Of a stretch of 64,000 bases of DNA, positions 38,824 through 47,700 are shown piece by piece. This DNA is from an uncultured Acidobacteriota bacterium. Lineage in GTDB: Bacteria > Acidobacteriota > Thermoanaerobaculia > UBA5066. Position numbers and translations under genes: made by a program. Numbering within the stretch: position 1 is the stretch's first letter; the number at the start of each line of letters is the position of its first letter. The stretch spans positions 185,277 to 249,276 of the forward strand of contig CAWGDR010000011.1 in the NCBI GenBank assembly GCA_963821435.1, in the 5' to 3' direction. Under the pieces are notes generated by a model. It saw only the letters and a list, made by a program, of their open reading frames with translations, was not told where the DNA came from and made no database searches.

Positions 38824-41336
38824 TCGAGCGCCTGCCTTTCCTCCGAGAGCAGCTTCTCGAACGGATCCGGCTTCAGCGCCTTCGCCATCGCGACCTCCGG
38901 GTCGACCGTCCCCTCCTCGCAGAGACGGAGGAGCGACTGGTCCATCGTCGTCATCCCGACGTTCTGGCCCGTCTGGAGAAGGGAGGGGAGCTGGTGCGTC
39001 TTCCCCTCGCGGATCAGCGACGCGACGGCCATCGTGGACCGGAGGATCTCGAACGCGGCGACGCGCCCGGCGAACCCCCGGCGCGGCAGGAGCGTCTGGG
39101 AGATGACGGCCTTCAGGGAGTCCGCGACCATGACCCGGATCTGCGACTGCTGGCCCGGAGGGAACGAGCTGACGATCCGGTCGATCGTGGCCGACGCGTT
39201 CGTCGTGTGGAGCGTTCCGAAAACGAGGTGGCCGGTCTCCGACGCGGTGATCGCGAGCGAGATCGTCTCGAGGTCGCGCAACTCGCCGACCATGATCACG
39301 TCGGGATCCTCCCTTAGCGCGGCCCGAAGCGCGCGGGCGAAGGAGGCCGTGTGGTGGGGGACCTGGCGCTGGTTGACGAGGGCTTCCTTGGCGGGGTGGA
39401 CGAACTCGACCGGATCCTCGACGGTGATGATGTGGCAGGGGCGCGTCTCGTTGATCCGGTCGAGGAGCGCGGCGAGCGTCGTCGACTTCCCGCACCCCGA
39501 GGGCCCCGTCACGAGGACGAGCCCCTGCGTGAACTTGAGGACGTCGGCGACCGACTCGGGGAGCCCGATCTCCTCGATCGACGGGATCGAAGCCGGGATG
39601 ACGCGGAACGAGGCGTCGTAACCGCCGCGCTGGGAGAAGAAGTTCGCGCGGAAGCGCCCCACCTTCGGCACCGCGATGCAGACGTCGATCTGCCGCTCGG
39701 TCTCGAGGCGCCGGAAGTCGGCCTCGTCGAGGACCTCGCGGATGAACGCCTTCGCGCGGTCGGCCGAGACGGTCGGCATCTCGAGAGGTTCGAGGGTTCC
39801 CTGGATCCGGCGGTGAGGGACGAAGCCCGTCGCGATGTGGAAGTCGGAGCCCCCCCGCGCGACCGTGTCGGCGAGGAGCTCCACGAGCCTCGTGGAGTCG
39901 CGGATCTGCGCGGGAGCCTCCACCTTCGCGTCCTCGATCTCCGGCAGGCCGGCGAGCGCCGCCTCGCCCGAGAGCCGGCCGACCAGTCGCCGGGCCTTTC
40001 CCCGGACGCGGGCATCGATCTGGGGCGTCTGGACGATCTTCGCGAGCGCGGGGGCGACGCGGGGGTCCTTGGCGCCGAGGCGGGCCATGCCGTCGAGGAC
40101 TTCCAGCTGCACGTCGGCGCGCGTCATCGCCTTCTTGAACCCCTCGAAGAGCGGACCGAGCGCGCGCGGGTCCCCGAGGTCGCCGAGCGCGGAGGCCGCC
40201 GGCATCGCGAGGTCCGGGTCGTCGAGGGCCTGCGAGAGCCGCGCGAGCACCTGGTCGTTCCCCGCACCGAATCGTCCCAGCGTCTCCACGGCCCGCGCCT
40301 TGACCCAGACGTCCGGGTCGTCGACGAGCTTCAGCCAGACGGGAATGGCCGAGGGATCGGCGAGGGCGAGCGTCATTTCCGACGCGGCCTTGGCGACGCC
40401 GGGGTCCGGTTCCTGGGTCAGCTTCAGGAGGGCGGGCACGAAGTTCGGAAGGCCCTCCTTCGCCGTCTCGACCGCGCGGTCGCGGACCCAGACAAACGAG
40501 CCGCGGAAGTGCTCCAGGATCCGGCGCGCGAGGAGGTCGGGCGCGTAGGGGAGGAGGAGGCCGAGGGTGCCGGCGCGGACGTTGGCGTTCCCGTCCGCGA
40601 GGAGCGGGACGATCTCGGGCGTGTGATCCAGCTTCGCGGAGGCGAGGAGCTTCTTCAGCGCCGAGAAGGACGCCTCCATGACGCGCCCGCCCCCCGACCT
40701 CGCCATCTGCAGGACGTCGGGGAAGTAGGTCTCGTTCGGGTTCTTCTCCAGGACGGCGAGCGCCGAGTAGCGGATCTCCTCGTTCTCGTCCTGGAGGAGG
40801 GGGACCGCGAGGTTCGCGGCCATCGCGGCGCTCCCCGCGAACGACATCTCGCTCACGGCCCGCAGCGCGCGGGCCCGGACGGCCGGGTTCGAGGCCTGCA
40901 TCACCTTCTTGGCGATGTCGAAGGCCGTCTCCGCGGGCACCTCCTTCGCCAGCTCGAGCGCGGCGAGCCGCGCGAAGTCGTCCCCGTGGCCGGCGATCTC
41001 CGTGAGGAACGCGGCGAGGTGGGGGCCGGCGAGCTCCTTCAGGAAGCGCTGGACGGCGCGCCGCACGGCGTCCGAGCGCGTCCTGAGGAGCGGCAGCAGC
41101 GCCTGGAGGCCGGCCCGGTCCTTCCGGCGGCGAAGGATGTCGAGCGCGGCGGCGCGGATCTCGGGCACGGGGTCGACGGCCGCCCAGGCGATCCACGCGG
41201 GCTCCGGGTTCTCCAGGGCGAGGAACTTCCCGAGCAGCTCCTTCCGCTGGTTCTCGTTCGTGAAGCGGTGCTCCCGGAGCTGGACGACGAACGCCGGCTC
41301 GCTCCTGAGGCCCTTCCGGAGCCTGTCTAGGACCAA
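38820..41336 (-). CDS. HEAT-repeat domain fused to a complete PilT/PilU-like hexameric ATPase
   Basis: Intact 838-aa ORF with a TTG start 4 nt after AGGAGG. About aa 1-470 carry repeated ...AVRARALRAV.., ..NANVRAGTLGLL.., DPDVWVKARAVETLGRFG and DPDLAMPAASALGDLGDPRA (PBS-lyase HEAT-like). About aa 475-838 form a full PilT: [48 protein letters not shown] and VASLIREGK. Confidence 0.8.
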   Translation of the reverse strand: MVLDRLRKGLRSEPAFVVQLREHRFTNENQRKELLGKFLALENPEPAWIAWAAVDPVPEIRAAALDILRRRKDRAGLQALLPLLRTRSDAVRRAVQRFLKELAGPHLAAFLTEIAGHGDDFARLAALELAKEVPAETAFDIAKKVMQASNPAVRARALRAVSEMSFAGSAAMAANLAVPLLQDENEEIRYSALAVLEKNPNETYFPDVLQMARSGGGRVMEASFSALKKLLASAKLDHTPEIVPLLADGNANVRAGTLGLLLPYAPDLLARRILEHFRGSFVWVRDRAVETAKEGLPNFVPALLKLTQEPDPGVAKAASEMTLALADPSAIPVWLKLVDDPDVWVKARAVETLGRFGAGNDQVLARLSQALDDPDLAMPAASALGDLGDPRALGPLFEGFKKAMTRADVQLEVLDGMARLGAKDPRVAPALAKIVQTPQIDARVRGKARRLVGRLSGEAALAGLPEIEDAKVEAPAQIRDSTRLVELLADTVARGGSDFHIATGFVPHRRIQGTLEPLEMPTVSADRAKAFIREVLDEADFRRLETERQIDVCIAVPKVGRFRANFFSQRGGYDASFRVIPASIPSIEEIGLPESVADVLKFTQGLVLVTGPSGCGKSTTLAALLDRINETRPCHIITVEDPVEFVHPAKEALVNQRQVPHHTASFARALRAALREDPDVIMVGELRDLETISLAITASETGHLVFGTLHTTNASATIDRIVSSFPPGQQSQIRVMVADSLKAVISQTLLPRRGFAGRVAAFEILRSTMAVASLIREGKTHQLPSLLQTGQNVGMTTMDQSLLRLCEEGTVDPEVAMAKALKPDPFEKLLSEERQALE

Positions 41337-41514
41337 GAGACCTCCTTTCCCCTATCGTAGCCGACGGGTGACTCCGGCGACGGGAACCCGCCCGAGGCCC
41401 GCCGGACATGTTACGAAAAGTGTCGCTTCGAGCACGCGAGGCCCGGGTCGCCGGAGCCCGGCCGTTCTAGCAACTCTCTTGTATTGGAGTCAGTTCCACC
41501 CGGTTAGCCCATCC

Positions 41515-41530
41515 GGGCACGGAGTTCGCT
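41515..41530 (+). promoter_or_regulatory. candidate sigma-54 promoter for the minor-pilin/PilY1 operon
   Basis: GGGCACGGAGTTCGCT compared with the consensus TGGCACG-N4-TTGCW. GG is at 41516-41517 and GC at 41528-41529 (exact N10 spacing), 21 nt upstream of the ATG at 41550. Confidence 0.5.
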
Positions 41531-41549
41531 AAGATGGTGTCGAGTTCTT

Positions 41550-42200
41550 ATGTCCTACGTCCGAACATCTTCGCGGTCGGCTCCCCGTGGGTTCTCGCTC
41601 GTCGAGTTGCTCGTGGTGATCGCGATCGTCGGGCTCCTCCTCGGGATTGGCGGGATCGAGGCGGGGAAGGCGATCAAGCGGCAGCAGCCGGCCGCGGTGG
41701 CGCAGAACCTCCAGATCTTCGCCAAGAGGGTCTTTACGGAGAGCCAGCGGCGGGGCGCCGTCACCTTCCTCCGGATCGCCCCGGCGACGGTGGCCGACCC
41801 GAAGTCGATCCCGGTCCAGATCTGGGCGGACGCCGACGCGAGCGGAACGCTCGACACGACGCTCGACACGCTCGTCGAAACGTACGCGATCCCCCTCACG
41901 GACGCGGCCGGGAACGACGTCCAGCGGATCGCCCTCTCGACCGCCGCGAAGAACCAGGTGGAGACCCAGAACTGGTCCTATAACACCGATGGCGATTGGA
42001 CGAAGGAGCGGATCCTCGAGTGCGATTTCCAGGGACGCGCGCTCGACACGTCCGGCACCCCGCCGGTGCAGATCGCCGGGGCCGCGACGCTCTCGGTGAC
42101 GCACGCCGAGATGGTGGCCGGAAACCTCCGCGCGAAGAAGAACTTCCAGCTCCGCATCAGCCCGGCCTGGAACGTCCAGGTCGTCGACTTCCTCTACTGA
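41550..42200 (+). CDS. minor pilin/pseudopilin (GspH/FimT-like)
   Basis: SAPRG/FSLVELLVVIAIVGLLLGI is a prepilin N-terminal methylation motif. This is the first of four consecutive prepilin-type genes. Confidence 0.75.
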   Translation: MSYVRTSSRSAPRGFSLVELLVVIAIVGLLLGIGGIEAGKAIKRQQPAAVAQNLQIFAKRVFTESQRRGAVTFLRIAPATVADPKSIPVQIWADADASGTLDTTLDTLVETYAIPLTDAAGNDVQRIALSTAAKNQVETQNWSYNTDGDWTKERILECDFQGRALDTSGTPPVQIAGAATLSVTHAEMVAGNLRAKKNFQLRISPAWNVQVVDFLY

Positions 42201-42202
42201 CG

Positions 42203-42751
42203 ATGACGACGAAGATGAAGCCGCGCCCTCCCGTTTCCGCCCCCCACGCCTCCCGGGGCTCCAGCCTGGTCGAGGTCCTCGTGGCGCTGGCGATGATGGG
42301 GATCATGATGGTCGGGATCCTCCAGATGTTCTCCGTGGCGCTCGTCGTCAGCGAGGGAGCGGGGGCGCGGACGCAGCTCCTCTTCAAGTGCCAGCAGGTC
42401 GTGGAGAACATCCGGTACTACGTCTCGGTCGTCCGCTCGGGCGGCACGCCCCCCGCGAACACGGGGATCCCGCTCACTTTCACGGCGGGGACGACGTTCA
42501 ACCTCCCCTACGACGGAACCCCGGCCGCAGAGTGGGCCTACTGGGGACCGAACGGGGCGAACGTCATGGAGCAGGTGAAAGGCCCCTACCAGATCTCCTA
42601 CCGCGTGGAGCAGTCGAGCGCGAGCCTCAACCCGGTCTGGATCATCACGGTCACCGCGGTGCCGACGGCGGACACGACCGCGGCGCAGCGGTACCTCCGG
42701 GTCGGGCCCGGAACCAAGCGAGTGGACTATGTGGCGTCGTTCCCGCCGTAA
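42203..42751 (+). CDS. minor pilin (PilV-like)
   Basis: ASRG/SSLVEVLVALAMMGIMMVGIL is a prepilin-type leader with E+5. It starts 3 nt after the preceding stop. Confidence 0.7.
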   Translation: MTTKMKPRPPVSAPHASRGSSLVEVLVALAMMGIMMVGILQMFSVALVVSEGAGARTQLLFKCQQVVENIRYYVSVVRSGGTPPANTGIPLTFTAGTTFNLPYDGTPAAEWAYWGPNGANVMEQVKGPYQISYRVEQSSASLNPVWIITVTAVPTADTTAAQRYLRVGPGTKRVDYVASFPP

Positions 42752-44048
42752 GCCGCTCCGCGGCTTCAGCCTCGCGGAGGCGAGCATCTCGCTGACGCTC
42801 CTGATCATCGTGATGGTCGTGTCGCTGACGCTCCTCTTCTCGATGCGCTCCTTCGCGGAGCGCCAGCAGTTCGTCATGGAGCCCCGCCAGACGGCCCGCC
42901 GCGCCGTCGAGTACCTGTCGTTCTTCCTGGAGGGGGCCGCGGATCTCAATCGCGAGGGCGGTATGCCGAACGCGATCGTCACGTACTACAACTCCGACGC
43001 GTCGAACGACGCCAGCCTGGTGCAGGCCTCCTACAACAACCTCGCGGACGGCAAGGACGGGAACGCCGCCCTGAGCCTCGCGACACCCCTCGGGACGATT
43101 GCGAGCACGAATTTCGGCGACCTCGGGACGGACATCATCTCGGTCGCCGTGCCGACCGTCCGCCCCGCGAAGTACGCGATCTTCGGCGCCTTCCCGGGGA
43201 ACGGGGCGGACCGGGACCTCTGGATCAACTTCCGGGAAGGGTGCGGCGTCAGCGACGCCAGGAACATGGAGCTCTTCAAGGCGGCCACGTTCGGCGGGCC
43301 CACGGACGCCGATTCCAGCCCGGACAACCTGACGGTCGTCGACAACAACGGAGTCTGGGCCTATCTGAAGATCGTCTCCTACGTTTCCCCGAGCAACTGC
43401 GCTTCGGCGAACCAGGTCATCCATGTCAAGGTCAGCCCCGGGCAGGCGCCGGGAAGCGGCGGGCCGATCGCGCCTCCGTTCGGCTCCCTCGCGGACCCGG
43501 CGGTCGGCGACCCGTCGTTCCTCGTCACCGGCCTCCAGTACTTCTCCTTCCGGGTCCGGACCGACGCGGCTACAGGGATCCCGAGCCTCGAGCAGAAGAA
43601 CGGCCTCTTCAACCCGCTCACCGACAACCCCGGCGCCGCGTTCGTGCCGGTCATCGAGAACGTCGAGGACCTGCAGGTCGCCTACATGTACTTCACCGGC
43701 GAGATCTGGAACTCGGCCGTCCAGGTGATGTCCGCGGCAATGGCCAACTGCACGACCTGCCTCACCGACGTTCCGATCCAGTCGGGGCCGAAGGCGGCAT
43801 CGTTCCAGCCGCTCGACGTCCTGAACGTGGCCGGGCTGCGCTTCAGCCTCGTCGGCCGGTCGCGGCCGATGAGCCTCCAGGTCCGAACCCAGACGAACAT
43901 CTCCCCGTCCGGCGCCCCGGGCACGACCGGCAACCGGCACTTCCGGCCCGCCATCGAGGACCACACGGCGGCGGCCGCCTACGACAACTTCGACCACCAG
44001 CGCCTCACGACGACCCTCATGCTCCGCAACCGGATGCTGGGAAACTGA
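42729..44048 (+). CDS. minor pilin (PilW-like)
   Basis: PLRG/FSLAEASISLTLLIIVMVV is the leader. The internal VIENVEDLQVAYMYF block is typical of PilW-family proteins. It overlaps the preceding gene by 23 nt. Confidence 0.7.
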   Translation: MWRRSRRKPLRGFSLAEASISLTLLIIVMVVSLTLLFSMRSFAERQQFVMEPRQTARRAVEYLSFFLEGAADLNREGGMPNAIVTYYNSDASNDASLVQASYNNLADGKDGNAALSLATPLGTIASTNFGDLGTDIISVAVPTVRPAKYAIFGAFPGNGADRDLWINFREGCGVSDARNMELFKAATFGGPTDADSSPDNLTVVDNNGVWAYLKIVSYVSPSNCASANQVIHVKVSPGQAPGSGGPIAPPFGSLADPAVGDPSFLVTGLQYFSFRVRTDAATGIPSLEQKNGLFNPLTDNPGAAFVPVIENVEDLQVAYMYFTGEIWNSAVQVMSAAMANCTTCLTDVPIQSGPKAASFQPLDVLNVAGLRFSLVGRSRPMSLQVRTQTNISPSGAPGTTGNRHFRPAIEDHTAAAAYDNFDHQRLTTTLMLRNRMLGN

Positions 44049-44050
44049 CG

Positions 44051-44695
44051 ATGAGAAGGAACCAGAACCTGACGCGGCCGACGCGGGGCAGCGCGCTCGT
44101 CACGGTGATCCTCGTGGTCCTGATCCTGACGGTCGTCGGGGTCGGCATCGCCTACTTCACGCAGATGGAGGACCGGCTCTCGGGGAACAGCCGCGTGATG
44201 CGCGCCGCGTTCTACGCGGCGGACGCCGGCATCCGGAAGGGGGAGACCGTCATCTCCGGCGTCAACTCCGCCGGCCTCCCGCTCGACACGATGCTGCAGT
44301 ACCTCGGGGGGACGCCCCCCCTGAACCCGCCGGGCGGCGGGTGGCAGGCGGTCATCCTGAACGCGCAGGACCCGGAGGACTCCACGACCAAGGAGTTCCT
44401 CAACATGCCGATCACCCTGCCGGGAGCGGTCGTGGACCGGGGGGACTACTCGCTCTACGTGAGGAACAACCAGGAAGAGACCGATCCCTTGGCTTCGCCG
44501 ACGGTGGACAAGGACAACATCATCAACCTGATCTCCGTCGGACGGATCGTCGCCTTCGGGGGCAACTACACGAAGATCCTGGAGGAGCAGCTCGTAGTCG
44601 GCTCCCCCGGCGTACACGGTGGTGGGCAGAAGGAAATCGACTCCGGCGGCACCGGCTCCGGCCAGAAGAGCGTCAATGCCGGAGGCCACCCGTGA
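44051..44695 (+). CDS. PilX-like minor pilin (PilX N-terminal domain)
   Basis: [26 protein letters not shown]...[14 protein letters not shown] matches the PilX_N pattern. Confidence 0.65.
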   Translation: MRRNQNLTRPTRGSALVTVILVVLILTVVGVGIAYFTQMEDRLSGNSRVMRAAFYAADAGIRKGETVISGVNSAGLPLDTMLQYLGGTPPLNPPGGGWQAVILNAQDPEDSTTKEFLNMPITLPGAVVDRGDYSLYVRNNQEETDPLASPTVDKDNIINLISVGRIVAFGGNYTKILEEQLVVGSPGVHGGGQKEIDSGGTGSGQKSVNAGGHP

Positions 44696-44708
44696 CTGTG
44701 AGGACGAA

Positions 44709-47700
44709 GTGACGTCACCCCGACTCCACCTGCGGTTTCCCGTGAGGCTGAGGAGGGCCTGCGCCCTCCTCCTCGGCTTCATCCTCGCGGCCGGAAGCGA
44801 GTGGCCCCTCTTCGCGGCGGAGGGCTTCGACCCGCTCCGCCAGATCAGCCTCCAGGTCGTCCGCGCCAACCTCGACATCGTCCTCGACAACAGCACGTCG
44901 ATGCGCCTCGACGTCTTCGGCAACGAGCTCCGAGACCGGGAGGACTCGATCGGGCGCCTCGTCTGGTACGCGACCTGCGCGGATCCGAACCCCGGCCCGA
45001 CCAACACGCCGACGGTGACGCCGACGGTGACGGTGACGGAGACGCCGACGGTCACCCCGACCGAGACGACGACCGCGACGCCGACGCAGACCCCGACGAT
45101 CACGGCGACCATCACGCCGTCGACGACGCCGACCTACACCGAGACGGCCACTCCGACGGTGACGCCGACCGTGACGCCGACCTTCACCTTCACGACCACG
45201 CCGTCGGTGACGCCGACGGTTACGCCGACCTACACGCCGTCCCAGACCGCCACGGCGACCACGACGTCGACCCCGTCGATCACGCCGACCATCACGATCA
45301 CGACGACGCCGTCGCGGACGCCGACGGTCTCGGCGACGTCCACGGCGTCGCGGACGCCGACGGTCACACCGACCTGGACGGTCACGAGGACCCCGTCGCG
45401 GACGCCGACCGTGACCCCGACCGGCACGGCCACGCGGACCCCCAGCCGGACGCCGACGCGCACCGCTTCCAGCACGCCGACGCGGACGCCGACCGTGTCC
45501 CCCACCGGCACCGCCACGAGAACGCCGACCCGGACCCCGACGCGGACGCCGACGCGCACGCCGACGCGGACGCCGTCGATCACGCCGACCTTCACGCCGA
45601 CGAACACGGGCGTGCCGACCGCCACACCGACGATCACGCCGACGATCACCCCCACCTCGACGCCGACGAACACGCCGACCTGGACGGCGACCGGGACGCC
45701 GACGCGGACGCCGACGATCACGCCGACCTGGACGGCGACGGGGACGGCGACGGTGACGCCGACGTCGACGCCGACGAACACGGCGACGCGGACGCCGACC
45801 ATCACGCCCACCTCCACCTGGACGAACACGCCGACGGTGACGCCGACGGTGACGCCCACCGCCACCCGGACGAACACGCCGACGGTGACCCCCACCTCAA
45901 CGGCCTCGAGCACGCCGACGGCGACCCCGACCGTCACGCCGACGCCGACCGAGACGCCGACGCGCACTCCCAGCTACACCCCGACGATAACCGCGACCTA
46001 CACGGCGACGAACACGCCGAGCGCGACACCCACGGCGTCGCCCACCCGGACGGCGAGCAACACGCCAACCTCGACGCCGACCACGACGCCGTCGAACACG
46101 CCGTCGAGGACGCCGACGGCGACGCCGACGCCGACCGAGACACCGACCGTCACGCCGACCGCGACGCGGACGAACACGCCGACCAACACGCGGCCGGGCG
46201 GCAGCGAGTTCCGGCCGCCGCTTCCGAAGGACGTCCCCCCGCGCCCGCCCGAGCAGTGGGCGCTCGCCGCGCCGCGCCCCGTCCCGCTCTCCGCGCCGGG
46301 AGCGGTGGCCGCGCTCGCGACGGCGATGCTCGCCGAGCCCCACGGCGGCTCCGAACGCCCGTCCGCTCTGGACCGGGGTCGGCGCGAGCCTGCCGGAAGG
46401 CCTCCTGCCGCGCGAGCCGCACGGGCCGCGCGGGATGAGCGCCGCCGTCCTGCCGGCCGTGGCCGCGATCTTCCAGGCCCCCCCGACGACACCGACGGCC
46501 GTGGCGAATCCTGGCTGCGCGACCTGGACGTACCACCTCCACTTCGACCTGCCGTCGCGCCTCGCCATGATGAAGAACGCGCTCGGCAACTCGCGTCACG
46601 CTCGTCACGAGCTTCACGGCGCCCGGTTCCGGGGCGCAGTCCGACTGGCCGGACGTGACGCTGGCGCCGAACTGGAACTACCCGCTCCGGACGCTCCCGG
46701 ACTACGACCACGGCGGGTCGATCACCTACACCGTCGGCTTCGACCAGGGGGGCGTGCAGAACGACTGGGCCTGGACGGTCCGGTGGGGCTTCGACGTCTT
46801 CAACGGCATCATCTACCGGGACGACCCGGGGATCCCGTTCACGGCCTACGACAGCACGACGGACATGTCGGGGAACTCGATCCCGATGGTCACGGGCCGG
46901 CCGATCCTCGGGACGACGCCCGGCTCGTGGACCGTGGAGCCGCCGCAGAACGTCATCGGCAAGAACAAGGACCTCGTGAACTGGGGCCTCCTGAAGTACT
47001 ACGACATCGCGCCGACCATCGACTCCACGAACTGCACGTATCCCGACAACTACGTCCGGGTGGTCCCGATCGACCCCCTCGACACGGGAGACGTCTCCGC
47101 GATCGAGACCGCGATGCAGGTGGCCTACTTCGGCGGGCTCAACATCAAGCCCCGCGCCGGGACGCCGAACAAGGGTGCGCTCGACCAGGACAAGGCCTAC
47201 TTCCCGACGCTCTTTGCGAGCGACCCGAAGAACAAGTGCGACCGGACCTATGGCGTCATCCTCGCGACCGACGGGCTCTCGAACACCTGCAACCCGCCCG
47301 GCTCCCCGGGCGACCCGCCCGTTCCCTGGTTCTCCCCGGACCAGGGGTGCGCGATCAACCCGGCCACCGGGCTGGAGGAGTGCGCCGGAGGGTACGCGTC
47401 GGGCTCCTCTCCCGTCTGGTTCAGCCCGGGCGAGGAGTGGGTCAGCCCCTGCCTCGGGCGGTTCGGCATCGACGCCGGCTGCGCCGACCCGGCGAGCCCC
47501 CTCTTCGGGCGCTGCTGCGACCAGTACTCGAAGGCCAACGGCTCGGGCTACGACTGCAACGCCGACTACGTGACGTCGTACACGCTCTTCCCGCCGGGCT
47601 CGTCCGAGGAGATCTACAACCTCAACATGACGGTCGCGGGCCGGACGCTGGCCCCGGTGCAGCCACGCACGTTCGTCGTCGGGATAAGCCCGACGGTCGG

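Noticed and set aside
41337-41514. Possible small RNA, riboswitch (e.g. c-di-GMP) or tRNA-Sec in the 214-bp divergent intergenic region.
   Set aside because: I could not recognise GEMM-type conserved nucleotides or a tRNA cloverleaf. Local hairpins are unremarkable for GC-rich DNA. The region is best explained as a bidirectional promoter/UAS region.
45001-46190. Tandem repeat considered as a CRISPR array, a non-coding satellite or an IS remnant.
   Set aside because: The period is 6-12 nt with no unique spacers. The tract is perfectly in frame with the upstream signal-peptide/MIDAS segment and encodes (Thr-X)n. The antisense (VGV)n ORF (45230-45967) and the +2 frame (D/A/H-rich ORF 44801-46438) are by-products.
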